From Hypanus sabinus (taxonomy: Eukaryota), in the NCBI RefSeq assembly GCF_030144855.1, contig NC_082736.1:10168001-10232000 (forward strand): DNA of 64,000 bases, in the 5' to 3' direction. Below, in pieces: positions 25,730 through 38,642 of the stretch (position 1 is the stretch's first letter; each line of letters starts with the position of its first letter). Below the pieces are notes generated by a model. That model was not told where the DNA came from. It made no database searches and saw nothing but the letters and a program-made list of their open reading frames with translations. The position numbers and the translations under genes were made by a program.

Positions 25730-28230
25730 TGTCCACCCCTTCACCCGCACGTTATAAACAAATCCACCCTGCTCCTTTCCATTTTGCTGATTCCATGTGG
25801 AACATTAAACATGTAGGAATGTCAAATTCGCAGTCCAAGTCCCTGTAACCATGTCCCTGCAATAGCTGTTAGATAAAGCACTGTACACAATGTGGAACAG
25901 ATGGCAACCTGCCCTTTGGCCCACAATATCTGCACCAATCATAATAATGTACTATATAAAGTACTGGTGCGATCTCAGTGTTGTGAGCTGTTTTGGGTCC
26001 TTTATCTCAGGAAGGATGAGCTGGATGGGTTACAAAGAATGTTCTCGAAAGTGATTCCAGGATTAAACAGCTTGTCATATGAAGAGTGTTTAATGGCTTT
26101 TGGCCTGTCTTCACTGGAATTTAGGAAAATGAGTGTTGACCTAATTGAAATTAAATGGTGAAAGGCCTTGATAAATTGGACGGGCAGAGGATGAGCATCT
26201 ACCTCTTGCCCAACCCTCTCCTGACTGTTACCCACTTACCTGTCTCCCCAGGCCCCAGAGGGACTACCTGCCTATAGCTACTCTCTATCCCTTCCACTCT
26301 TTCCCTGACCAGATGAAAATCATCGAGCTGCATCTCAGGTTCTCTAACACGGTGCATAAGGAGCTGCAGCTCCTGGATTCTTGTTATTTACCTTCTTGAT
26401 CAAAGCTGCAACATTTGCAACACACCAGCACTGTGGGACCTCACATGTTGTGATTGAGGACGCACTATTCCTTGCGAAATCCCAAGCAATCTACTCACTT
26501 GCTTCTTTCACTATTGTAGGATATATTCCTTCAGGTCCTGGAGTCTTTTCCATCTTATTGCTTTTCAGACGTCCCAGCACAACCTCCTCCTTAATCTCAA
26601 CAAGTCTCTGCACATTAGCCTGCTCCACTCTGTTTTCATTGACATTCAATTTCTTCTCCTCGGTAAATATTTACACAACATTCTCATTTAGTACCTCTGC
26701 CACTTGGTCTGACTTCATCCACATCATTCATCCTTTAATCTTGAGTAGACCTTTCCATTCTCTGGTTAGCCTTGTTTTATTAATGCAAATCAAAAGGCCT
26801 TGGGATTATCTTTGATCCTACATTGCAAGTAGAGTTTGTGGTGCCATTTGGCCTTTCCTATCAGCTCCTTTAGCATTTCTCTGCTATCTTTATATTCCGA
26901 AGATTACCAGTCTGATTTTAGCTTCATAAACCTTCCATATCCTTCAATGTAGGATCTTTCCACTCATCTGAAGTTCCCTTACCTTACTATCCTTGTCCTT
27001 GCTCCTTACAGGAACATGCTGATCCTGAACTCTGAGCTGCTGGTATTTAAACAACTCCCACATGTCAGATATGGACTTGTCTGACAGTGGCTGCTCCCAA
27101 TCAATGCCCCTTGACTTCTGTCTTACTCCGTCCTAACTTGCCCTACTGCAATTCAGTACCTTCATACAAGATCTGTTTTTATTCTTACTCATAACCAAAA
27201 AAAAAGTTGCGATTACTGTTCCCAAAATGTTCACTGACACTTAGCGGTCACCAGGCCTTGCTCGTTTCCCTAAACTAATTCCCGTATGTTCTCTTCTCTG
27301 GTTGGGCTCTGTACATAATATTTCAAATACTCTTCGGATTCACTGAAGAAATCTCGTGCATCTAAGTATTGAGAAAGATCTAATTAATTCTATGGAAAAT
27401 AAAGTCCCCCACTAAGACAACCCTGCTTGGCACCTCTCCATAAACATAAACATCTCCGTTCCTGCACCTCCTGGTGGTAATTGGGGGCCAATACGATAAT
27501 CCCATCAATGTAACTGCAGATTGCCTCTGCAGGCAACGGACAATGGTTTTGTTTGGCCACTTGGTCAGCATGGATGTGTTGGGCTGAAGGGCCTGTTTCT
27601 GTGCTACATAACTCAGTGACTACGTCTGCGGCTGTGGCAGAGCGGGACGGACAGTGTCAGTTGTGAGAAGGTTTGGGGGATGTCGACAAGAGAGTGAATG
27701 GTTGAGGATGGGACAGATGGAACAGAATGTGGGGAAATGTGAGATCACCCATTCCCAGGAACAAACTGTAAGAGTTATTTCCACATGGGAATGTTCAGAG
27801 GGACCTGGGTGTCATAAACAAATCACTTGAGTTAACATGCAGATACTACAAGTAATGAGAGAGCAAACATTATTTTGTCCTGTGATCCAGGAGGAGTGGA
27901 GAAGAGGGGTACAGATGTCTCACTGGATTCTATAGGGCCCTGGTGAGAGCACAGCGTGAATGTAGTGTCCGGGTTTGGTCACACTTCCTCAGAAAGGATA
28001 ACCGTGAAATAGAGGGAGCGCAGTGACTGTTCCCCACACTGACTGGGCTGGTTGCAGGGATGGAGGGTTGGTTATGTGGGAGGAGAGTGAGTGGGTTGGG
28101 TCTGTATTCCCTGCAGTCAATGTGAAAATGAGGAAATCCGTTAGATTCTTTCAGGCTGTGACAGACAGTAGGCAAGGGGGATCTTTCCCCTGAATGAGAG
28201 CTCCATAACTGAGGAAAACACCCTCAAAAC

Positions 28231-28472
28231 ACGAGGGAATCTGCTGATGCTGGAAATCCAAAGCAACACACACAAAATGCTGAAGGAACTCAGCAGGACA
28301 GACAGCCTTTATGGAAAAGTGTAAACAGTCGACACTTCGACACTTCGGGCCGAGACCCTTCCATCAGTTCTCATCCTGGTGATGATTCTCAGCCCGAAGC
28401 ATCGGCTCGTTACTCTATTTCATAGATGCTGCCTGGCCTGCTGACTTCCACTAGCATTTTGCGTCTGTTGCT
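28231..28472. repeat. Inverted pair of Penelope terminal repeats (hairpin)
   Basis: AGCAACAC..AAAATGCTG..GAACTCAGCAGG on the left and its reverse complement CCTGCTGAC..AGCATTTT..TGTTGCT on the right. Confidence 0.7.
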
Positions 28473-30029
28473 CAGAATGAGGTGACAAGCATTCGAGGTG
28501 GAAATGAGATGATATTTATTTAAGCTGAGCACAAAGAACTTCTGCATTCCTTATATAAGTAATCTGGAGCCTCAGGTGCTGGACTGAGTCAAAGCTGAGA
28601 TCAACAGTGTCTGGGAGAATTTTAGTCACTAAATGAGTCCATAAGACAATCAGATATAGGAGCAGAATTCGGCCATTTTGCCTGTTGATCCTTCTCTGGC
28701 ATTTCATCATAACTGATCATTTTTTCCTCTTAGTCCCAATCGCCTTCCTTCATTTGTATCCCTTCATTCCCTGATCAATCAAGAATCCATCAATCTCTGC
28801 CTATACCCAGTGATTTTGCTTCCAGAGCTGCCTGTGGCAAAAAATTCCACCGATTCACCACTCTCTGCCTGAAGAAACTCCTCCTCATCTGCATTCTGAA
28901 AGGATGCCGCTCTATTTTGAAGCTGTGTGGTCTGGTTGTAATAAATAAAGACAGGTGTAAATTTAAAGTAGGAAAGTTGAACCTTACTAGGAGGTAAGAC
29001 TCAGAAGATTGTACTACCCAAACGGTCAAAATAAAGCCAAGTAACAAGGTCTAAAATACCCACAACATGCAGGATTACATTCCTCTCATAATCTTGGCCC
29101 ATGGGATAAACACAAGCTGGGCCTGATCAACCCTGCCTGGTTCACCTGGGTGTTGATGTCTCATGCTTAAAGACCGGAAACCGACAATGACCCAGGTTGC
29201 ATTACTAATGATGTGTCCCTTTGCACACCCAGTTCATTAAGCCAAGTGGTGTCGGACCACATTAATGAAAGGCATCGGCTAGATCAAAGTGGCTCCACTA
29301 CACGTCCCGATCCACCATAGCCCCACGTATCTCACCATACTAAACTCCACAGCTTTATCTCTCCCAGCCTCACGCATACATCCACCAGCCCTACCCTGAA
29401 ACCTAATCCTCAGGTCCAAGGGGGCACACACCCCGATTAACCAAACCCCCACAAACCCAATGTGTAAGGAGGAGGAAAATCCAATAAAGGCAAGAGTTGG
29501 TCCTGGTTAGTGAAGGTAGGCGGGATCAAAGTGGCAGTGTTGCGTGACACTTAATCGAGAGTGACGAGATGAAGAAGCACAAGAGGTGTGATTCTCCCAC
29601 TGCCCGCACGGTCTCTTTGTTATTTTAATTTTGATCTGATAGTCCTCTGTCTGTTTGAATATTTTGGTATAATTCATATTTAATTCCAGTTTGTTTTTTG
29701 TCAGTGTTGAGTCTAATGCAATGTGTCTGTGATGCAGCTACAAGTACGTTGTTCCTTTCTCCTGGGCATAAATAAACTCGATTTGAACTTTTCATTGAAA
29801 TGTCCAAACCTCTCCTTCGCTCTCTTGCTGCCCTGTGTCATGAACTAAACGTTTTAGTCTTTAATTTTACTATATTTCATCTGATTTTATTTGCATTCTA
29901 CTTTTGAAATTTGCGTTTCCCTTTTCAATTTTAGCCCGCACCCCCGCCTGTCTCTGCCATTCTGTACTTCCTCCTGCATTAAACAACAGCGGTAACCACC
30001 ACACATTGGCGCCGCCTCCCGTCCCCCGG

Positions 30030-30124
30030 CGTTCCAATTGGTGATTCCTTTCTTCAAACAGCCAATGAAAATGCTCAGCATTCCTATCCTCATTAACATA
30101 CCACTTTGGGCGCTGCCTATTTAA
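30030..30124 (+). promoter_or_regulatory. H2B core promoter
   Basis: CCAAT at ~30034 and 30062, octamer-like ATTAACAT 30092-30099, TATTTAA 30118-30124. Confidence 0.6.
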
Positions 30125-30176
30125 TCCGGGCTCCAAACAGCTTCTGCTTATTATTGTGTTTGAAGCCGACGGGGAA

Positions 30177-30551
30177 ATGCCTGATGCACCGAAACCCGCT
30201 CCCAAGAAGGGCGCCAAGAAAGCTCCGTCCAAACCGACGAGCAAATCTAGCAAGAAGCGCAAGAGGTCGAGGAAGGAGAGTTGCGCCATCTACATCTACA
30301 AAGTGATGAAGCAGGTTCACCCCGACACCGGCATCTCCTCCAAGGCCATGACCGTCATGAATTCATTCGTGAACGATATTTTCGAGCGCATCGCGGGTGA
30401 GGCTTCCCGTCTGGCCCATTACAACAAGCGGTCTACCATCAGCTCCCGGGAGATCCAGACCGCCGTGCGCCTGCTGCTGCCCGGGGAGCTGGCCAAGCAC
30501 GCCGTGTCCGAAGGGACAAAGGCGGTGACCAAGTACACCAGCTCCAAGTAA
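30177..30551 (+). CDS. H2B: Histone H2B (124 aa), replication-dependent type, with atypical substitutions
   Basis: [12 protein letters not shown]...[12 protein letters not shown]...[17 protein letters not shown]. Intronless, ATG at 30177, stem-loop downstream. Confidence 0.95.
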   Translation: MPDAPKPAPKKGAKKAPSKPTSKSSKKRKRSRKESCAIYIYKVMKQVHPDTGISSKAMTVMNSFVNDIFERIAGEASRLAHYNKRSTISSREIQTAVRLLLPGELAKHAVSEGTKAVTKYTSSK

Positions 30552-30576
30552 AGACAAAACAAACGGGAAAATCAAA

Positions 30577-30616
30577 GGCTCATTTAAGAGCCACTCACGT
30601 TTTCATTAAAAGAGTT
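30577..30616 (+). promoter_or_regulatory. Histone 3' stem-loop (mismatched) + U7 HDE
   Basis: GGCTCATTTAAGAGCC 30577-30592 (top pair A:A instead of T:A), then ACTCA, then AAAAGAGTT 30608-30616. Confidence 0.85.
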
Positions 30617-30806
30617 ATTCAATGTTGAGACATGGATGTGAGGTAAATTTGTAAGTTTCTTGTTGACACGCTCATTCAGAATCTTATTTCCGTTACTCAG
30701 AACTTGCTGTCCACTCTTCAGCGTAATCCCGATTTCTCTGTTAATTCCTGCCCTCTGCACAGACACGGAATCGCTACGCACCCCTTCCCCGTTGTTACTT
30801 CTAGGT

Positions 30807-33394
30807 CAGGAGTCGGCAACCTTTACCACTGAAAGAGCCATTTGGACCCATTTCCCACAGAAAAGAAAACACTGGGAGCCACAAAACCCATTTGATATTT
30901 AAAATGAGATAACACTGCACACAACGCTTTTTTTGTCTTTATGCTATGTATAAACAAACTATAATGTGTTGCATTTATGAAATTGATAAACTCCTGCAGA
31001 GAAAATGAAATTACATTTCTGCATGCAACAAAAACATTTTGAACTCCGAAAAAAAGACGTTGGGTTGAAGGTTACTTTTAAGTAAAATACTCAGTCTATT
31101 TGAGTCCTTCTTGTATTTATGAAAAACGCCGAACTTAAACTGTCCGCCAGCAGCAAACCAAAAATAACGTCAGCCAGCTGTCACCCTGAAAAATAAAAGG
31201 ACTATTTCACTGAACAATGAAAAAATATGAATATACCTAAAATAATAGGCAATTAAAATATTTATCATACTTGGTTAATGGGATTTCTGCTCCTGGACTT
31301 CAGCGCACAGCGTCTGCACATCAGGGCTATATGACGTCACCTTCATCGCAAGCTGTTATCTGTGAGGCGTGCACGATGTTTGTTTTTAATAAAGTTCATG
31401 TTGGAGAACACCTGCTCACATACATATGTGGATCCAAAGATCGACAGGACTCCAAGCGCATACTTCTTAATGTTTACCTAAGTGTCGGGGATAGCATTCC
31501 ATGTTTCGAACACAAGTTTGTCCGATTTGGAGAGGTTTTCAATATCACTCCATTTGTGATTCTGAGCAAGAACGGACTTCTGACGGGCCACATCTTCAAG
31601 GTCTGCTGTCAAGCGTCTAAACTTGGACACCCATATGTCTTTGTCGGCTATGTCGGCCAGTTCCAGCTCAAGATCAGGTTGACTCACACCTGCCAATGCA
31701 GTCGTATTCAGTTGGGATGGATCGATGCTTAGGGGGTGGCCGGGAAGGATAATGTGTTTTTTTCCTCTCTAAACTCACAGAAGTGTTTCCCAAACGATGC
31801 TTGGATTGCGATGATTGCAGAATGTAATACTCCGAATTAATCATGACGTGAGCATGTTTGAACTCTTTCAAATTGGGGAAGTGAGACAATGTGCCTTTCT
31901 GTAAATCTCTGGCAAGCACTGTGAACTTGCGCTCGAATGCCAAAACATCCTCCAACATGTGCAGGGCTGTGCGTCCTTTCCCCTGAAGAGCTGCGTTCAG
32001 TGTGTTCATGTGCGCTGTCATGTCTACCATGAAGTGTAGCTTTTCCAGCCACACTGGCTGTTCCAGCTCAGAAAAGGTGAGCCTTTGCTGCCCAGGAAAG
32101 TTCTCACTTCTTCTGGACACGCAACAAAGCGTTTCAGCACCTCCCCTCTGCACAGCCACCGGACTTTGTTATGCAGCAGGAGATCAGAATATGCGTTTTC
32201 CAGCTCGTCCAGTAACAAACGGAATTGACGGTGATTTAAACTTTTTGCCATTATTTTATTGACAATCTGAATGACAACATCCATTACTTCTGTGCATTCC
32301 GGAGGAAATGTTTGAGCGCACAGTGCCTCTTGGTGCAAGGTGCTGTGAAAAGTCAGCAGCTTTCTGACCAGCGACTTCTGCAGTAAAGCCACAAATCCCT
32401 TGTGCGCTCCTGTCATACTTGGTGCCCCATCAGTAGCTACTGACACCAGGTGGGTGATCTTTATTCCTTTGGCTCTTAAACAATTCAAGACAGCCTCATA
32501 GATGTCTCCCCCCCCCCCCCCCCGTGTATGGCCTTTTAGAGGCGGTATTTGTTCAATGTCTTTAGACTCGTCACAGGCAATTGAGTAGGCCACAGCTGAA
32601 TTGATGTCTTTAATTTGCTTGTCTTCTGCAATTCTTATGGTTCTGTCTTTGACAGTCTTTGCAGAGAGGGGCATATCCCTGATTTTCTGCACAATTTCAC
32701 TCTTGTTTTTAAAGCCCGTGAATAGATGTTCTGAAATCTTAATGAAAGATTCTTTTATATATTTACCATCTGTAAACTGCTTCCCGTGCCTGACTATTTC
32801 CTGAGCGGCAACAAAACTAGCATATGTAGTTGATTTTCCAGACTTCATCCACTTCTTGAAATGATTTTTGCTCAGATCAACCTTACGCATCAGTTCTGAA
32901 ACGGCTTTTTTTCTCTCATCTCCATCCGGATATTTTTGAGCAAAGGCTGCGTGTTTATTCTGGAAATGTCTTGCGACATTTGACTTTTTGTCATTTGCTA
33001 CTTTCTCATTGCATATTAAGTATACCAGTAAACCAGTCTCGTCAGCAGTGAAAGCAAATGAATCTGCCCACGTATCATTAAACATTATGTTTTCTTCAGT
33101 CACTATTCTTTTTTTAGAATTCTCCATAGTTAGCCTACCTTGGATTGAAAAATTAAAAAAAATCGCGCACTGGCGGGTGTCAGGCATTGGCAGTGGTGAC
33201 GTATATTAATAGCGACAAAAAACACGTTTTATTTAGATTGTACAAGATCACGATAATCTTCAAATTTAGAATTACATTTCAAAAACTAACAAACTAACGT
33301 AAGATACATTTTAATTAAATACTCATCATTTATTTTCCAAAGCCACAGGGAGCCGCAGCACAGAGATGAAAGAGCCGTGGGTTGCCGACCCCTG
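30807..33394 (-). mobile_element. hAT transposon, Buster/Charlie type (GTF2IRD2/ZBED-like transposase), full-length but frameshifted
   Basis: TIRs CAGGAGTCGGCAACCT / GGGTTGCCGACCCCTG. 8-bp TSD TTCTAGGT at 30799-30806 and 33395-33402. Transposase ~33127->31275 with CDES, TDGAPSM, HQEALC, VRWL and FGSTYVCEQVFS motifs. Confidence 0.95.
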
Positions 33395-33852
33395 TTCTAG
33401 GTCATCAAATTCCCCTAACGTGACACTAATTGTTTCTGGTTTAGTTACTGCGGGGAATGCGGTTCATTAAGTTTTGTCCCATTTTGTTTACTTCTCTTAA
33501 CTACATTCCAACGCGAGTGCCGAACACTGTCACGGTTCGTTCAGAATATTTCTGAAGCCCACTTTCTGAAGGGCGACCCGATGCTAAACTGACTTTAGTC
33601 TACACAATGACCGACCGCGAACAGACGCTGACAAACGGTTTTATTCGAATCATTTATCAATTGATGGAAGTCGGTGAACTAAATTACCAGACACCATCAC
33701 AATATTAACTATACTTGGTTTAAATATTTTGGACTTCAGTAACGTGGGTAAAGGGTCGACAAACAAACCTGTTGTGGTTTAATTTTAGCAACAAAGGCGT
33801 TTTTGGTGTTTTGCAATTTTGAGTTTATTTCGGCGGTTAGACGGTTATTTTT

Positions 33853-33993
33853 TGCGCTTCAGTCGTTGCTGTCTCTTGACTGGTGAAGAAAGCAGCTCCC
33901 TAATTGGAATATTTGTTCTTTCCAATCAGATCAGTCACAGATTCACCAATCATTAACATCCCAGTACATTCCCCCAGACTCCATAAGAAGGGC
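33853..33993 (+). promoter_or_regulatory. Orphan H2A-type promoter (gene lost)
   Basis: Colinear similarity to 43427-43570 upstream of H2A: GA(C/T)TGGTGA..GCAG..ATTGG..CACCAATCA..AACATC..ATAA(G/A)AAGGGC. No H2A CDS follows. Confidence 0.6.
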
Positions 33994-34009
33994 ACTTTCC
34001 GGAAGCCTG

Positions 34010-35548
34010 ATTTTCAATAGTCAAGACCTCAAGTTAATTTCTGAAAAAAAAAATCTATCTGCTGTTGTATGTATTCAGGGAACCTGGTTGCTACCACATT
34101 TAAGTTCTTCTTTCCGAGATTATATTGTAATTGGGCGTTGTGTTGCAAGTTTCATAACGAGAGGGCTTAACGTTTTGGATATAAATGAAATGTATGAGGC
34201 ATTTGAAGACATATGTTCTTCCACAGGTAGGGGCTTTAAAGTGGTATATTATTATAACCATTGTGGAAAGTTTTTGATTGATTTGTTGGAGAGTATACGT
34301 TGGAGTCCCTTAGCTCACTAAGGGTTGTATGGTGTGGGGATTTTAACACATAGTTAGTAAACTGTGGGTTTGTTCTCAGAATGATGGATGGTTTGATTGT
34401 AGAGGAGTTTTAGATATTTCACATCTTGTGTGTTTTAATGGTGGGAGAGGAACAAGATTTAATGTGCACAATAGTTAGGAAACTACTGTAAATGCAACTT
34501 TAGTTTTGAACATTGGAGTGAGTCGTGAGATGTCATGGGTGATGAAGCATTGGGAAGTGACAATTTCCCTGTATTTGTAAGCTTGGGTATGGATTTATAT
34601 CAGGGACAGGAGGCCACTTTTAGGAGGTGGAACTTTAGTAAAGCAAATTGGGAGAAGTTTTAATGATTTATGTGGTGAGCATCTGTATGAGCTGAATGGT
34701 GAGTATGATGTGGTTTTCTGCAAAGAAACATCACATTATTCATCAAACTGGGGTGGATGAGATTCATATTAAAAAGTGCATTAATAGCAGAAAGGCTGTA
34801 CCCTGGGGGTCGGAGGAGTGTGCAGAGACAATTATTGAGAGAAAGTTAAGAAGTACTGTATCACTCACTGAGTGATCATATTAAGTGTAGCAGGTCACAG
34901 GCCGTGGTGAGGAAAGTAACGAAGGTTGTGAAAAAGATTTAATGGAGGTCATATTGTGATAGTATTGGAAGGACTATTAAACTTGGAGATGTTTGGGGAA
35001 TGATTAACAAAATGGGGGTGCGGGATTCACAGTGTTCCCAGTATTGATTGAAAAAGTTAATACAATTGTTCCTGAAAGAGAGAAGGTTGAGTACTGGCTC
35101 GGTCATTTGCTGCAATTCATAATCAAAATTGTTTAAGAGACTAAAGAATGTAGGGATAAGCTTTTAAGAGAATACTTTAATATATTGGAAACCAGCTGTA
35201 GCAATGATAGTGATGTAGAGTTTCCTTTGTGTGAATTGAAGGAAGCTATTAATAGTACAGGTCAGATGACTCCAGGAATGGATGATACATGTTATTGCAT
35301 GTTTAAATGTATGGCCAACAACTCTTTTGAGATAATATTGCACTTTTTGAATCATACTTGGACTTCCAGGCCATCTTCCCTCCTCATGGAAAATGGCAAT
35401 TGTAGTGTCTTTTCTAAAACCTGGGAAACCCCTGTTGGATACTTCTAGTTATCACTGATGTCCCATTTGTGTAAAGTTATGGAATTTATGGTGATAGAAT
35501 GGTTGAGTAATATTTTGGAAAAGAGAGGTAATGTGCTTTTGTTAATAT
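34010..35548 (+). mobile_element. I/Nimb-clade LINE ORF2 remnant (endonuclease to start of RT)
   Basis: Decayed motifs VVCIQ.TWL, GDFN, GSD.FP, WNFSKANWEKF, TPG.DD.CY.MFK, WKMAIVVSFLKPGK. Confidence 0.7.
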
Positions 35549-36389
35549 TGTTACGTATTCAGGCAACAATAAATATATGAGTTCGGCAAGGGTTTCATAA
35601 CAAACAACACGTTTATTAAACACAGAAAACAAACCCCCCAAAAGTAAACAAACACTACCGTAACCGGAAACAGCTGCTGAGCGGCTGTTCAAACAGTTCG
35701 TAAAGTGATATTCCAAAAACAGTTCTTTAAAGTGGTATTGCCAAAAGTTCGATATGCTCACAGTCCATTTAAAAGGAGAGACTTTATAAGACGATTTAGG
35801 TTCTCTTTCACGTCGCTTGCTTCGATCCCCGACGTCGAACTTCCCACGAAGAATTCACGAAACAGAACGGCTTAAAGGCACTGACCTTTCCTTCTCCACT
35901 ACCTTCAATCCTTTCTAGTTAAACCTAGGGATTAACACGAAGATAGTCAACAAAATCCTTCCAAATAAGGATCAAACAAATGTCGCCCCTGTTTCACCGT
36001 AGGAAGCGATTTTCCTCGATCTTTAACTTCCAACTTCGAATCTTCACTCTCCACTAATTTCGAACTAACAGAATCATAAAGAACCTGCTGGCAATGACCT
36101 CTTAAACTTTAGGCATTAAATAAAAACTTCATCCTTCAGCTAAACTGCGTCATCACTTCAAACACGCAGTGGCATGGAGTCAACCTGGCAAATCCAGCCA
36201 CGAACTGTCCCTCCTCACAGGGTGGGGTCTACCTTTTATAACCTGTAAAAAAAAAAACCCGTCACATGATCTCTACTGGTGGGAAAATGACGGCACCACC
36301 ATCACAAGACCATCACCTCAAGTCCAGTACAGCTTCAACCCCAGTCACATGACAAGGGCACCACTGTCATGTGTCACGAGTACGTAACA
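35549..36389 (-). mobile_element. Solo LTR (Gypsy-type), 841 bp
   Basis: Termini TGTTACGTA...TACGTAACA. 4-bp TSD ATAT (35545-35548 / 36390-36393). No ORF. Orientation inferred from TTTATT near the left end. Confidence 0.85.
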
Positions 36390-36499
36390 ATATTCTGGAT
36401 TAATTTGAGGGGCAAATGCTGGTTCAATGCCACATGTCCCAAAAGCTGTCAATATTTTTATGCAGAAAACTCAGCATCTACTTCAACACAGCAAGCTTC

Positions 36500-36975
36500 C
36501 ACAAAAAATATAATCAATGAAAATGTCAATCCATGGCCTCCTATACTGTCCCAATGAGGCCACACTCAGGTAGGAGGAACAACACCTTGTATTCTGCCTG
36601 GGTAGCCTCCAATCTGATTGAATGAACATTGATTTCTTCATCTTCTGGCCATGCCTCCCCTCCATCGTCATTCCCCGTCCCCTTTTCACTTTTGTTACCT
36701 GCCCATCACCTCCCTCGAGTGTTCCTCCTCAATCTTCTTTCTTCCATGGCCTTCTGTTCTCTTTATCAGACTCCACCTTCTCCAGCCCTGTATCTCTTTC
36801 ACCACTCAACTTCCCAGCTCTGGACTTCATCTGTCCCCCCCCCCCCCCTCCCAGTTCCACCTATCACTTTGTGTTTCTCGCTCCCCTCCCCACCTTTAAA
36901 ATTTACTCCTCATTGTTTTTCAGCATTTTGTGTGTGTATTCCTTGGATTTCGAGCATCTGCAGATTTTCTCCTGT
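36500..36975 (+). mobile_element. Penelope-like 3' fragment
   Basis: EEQHLVFCLGSLQSD.MNIDF followed by a pyrimidine tract and CAGCATTTTGTGTGT...AGCATCTGCAGATTTTCTC. Confidence 0.75.
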
Positions 36976-38164
36976 TACTCAATGACAACGGGCATTTTGT
37001 ATGACAACTGTCAAAGTCCCACTCACTGAGAAATGTAGAACCCAAGGTTCAGCAGATGCTGAGAATAAACTGCAAAGTACCACACACAAAGTACTGCAGG
37101 AACTCAGCAGGACAGGCAGCATCTAAGCAAAGGAATAAACAGTCTAGATAGGATGAAGTGTCTTGGCCCATAATATTCATTATTTATTCCTTTCCATAGA
37201 TGCTGCCTGGGCTACTGAGTCCCCCCAGCATTTTGCAAACATAAACCTCCTTTTTCAGTCAATCAGTTGCCAAATGTTTCTGAACTTTCATTTGTAGCCT
37301 CATCCTCCTGGTCTGAATCCTTCCTTCTACACCCTGTAAACTTGAGGCTCCATCACGTCTGGAGTCCCAAAGCCCTCATTAGTGTAGAGCCCTCTTGTTT
37401 CTGCTCCATCGAATATTTAACCACCATTCTGCTCATATTTCAGAGGATAGCATTGTATTGCAACAGCCCGGCTGTGTAAGGCACAGCCCTTCAAAATCTG
37501 TGAAAATGACCCAAAACAATGAATAGAGCAGAACACGAAGATTTTAACCACACAAGACGTCATCCTTGGTCCAGAGCTGTGAGGAATGAAGACTATTTGG
37601 GGCAAAACCCTAGTGAATTCATCTTCTGCAGTTTCCAGAAAGTTATGGATTTAATTCAAAGTAAACCTCTGCAGTCACAGGCTGAGCAGTTGCAAAATGT
37701 ATATTTTAGGGTGAGTGACAGGTGAACAGCAGTGATGGATTTGAAAGCTCTGGTGTAGAATAGGAACGTGAGCTGGTACTAGATGAACTGAGTGGCCTCT
37801 CTACTATACATTAGCTGTGTGACAGGCAGGAAGCTCCTGAGACACAAGATTTGAAATAGAGCTGATTAATTTGTCACAGATCTACAACATTAATGCCAGA
37901 GTATTTTCAGACTAACATCAGCAGAACAAACACTCCAATGCTCTGGGTCCAGGGTTCAGTCACAATATCTGCAGAATCTGATATTGACAGTCTCACATGA
38001 ACTTCCAAATAGATTCAGTCATCATGATGGTTAAAATGTTCATCTAGAGCTTTATTAAACTTCTTCCCTGATGTCAAGTTGCCAGTGTTTCTGCAGGTGG
38101 GATTACTGAGTAAATTTCTTTGCTGACACAAGACCGAAGTGTGTCCTCTATGTATTTTAAACTC

Positions 38165-38642
38165 ACTGGAGCCTCACAAAATGGCTGAACCGATTGAATC
38201 TCCTCCCACACTTGGAACAGGTGAGAGACAGAGACAACTGAGCCAAGTCTAGCTGCTCACCGGTGTGACCCGGCTGATGGCGTAAGAGCCATGTGACTGA
38301 ATGAATCCTCTCCCACACACGGAGCAGGTGAATGGCCTCTCCCCCTGTGAGCTGGCTGGTGTATCTGCAGGTTCAGTGGCCTGGTGAATCCCTTGCAAAA
38401 TGAGAGGAAGTGAATGTCAGCTCAGTGGTATCAACTCTGTGGCCATTTATCAGGTCAGATCAAGGACATGTCAGTGTATTGGGGTTCTCCTTGCTCAGAC
38501 TGGTATGCTGTCCTCTCAACCATCTCCTCCTTCACATTCAATGATTAGTAGTATTCGAATGTCGGGGAACTGATAAACACATGAGAATAGACACACTGTT
38601 GTGTTTGTGATTCTCAGACATAAATTCTTTGCCTTTTCTGCC
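38165..38642 (-). pseudogene. C2H2 (Kruppel-linker) zinc-finger pseudogene exon
   Basis: Minus strand reads CKGFTRPLNLQIHQPAH / GERPFTCSVCGRGFIQS / RHQPGHTGEQL / TCSKCGRRFNRFSH with frameshifts. Acceptor-like TTTGCAAACATTTTACAG at ~38643-38660. Confidence 0.75.

Noticed and set aside
29889-29896. Perfect octamer ATTTGCAT as the H2B octamer element
   Set aside because: About 230 bp from the TATA box in AT-rich DNA, not the usual TATA-adjacent position; may be chance
30156-30176. N-terminal extensions of H2B (and H2A 43605-43634) in the ORF track
   Set aside because: They start at non-ATG codons in the 5' UTR; the true ATGs are 30177 and 43635
32024-33187. GTF2IRD2/ZBED-like host gene
   Set aside because: Bounded by TIRs and a TSD and frameshifted, so it is a transposon copy
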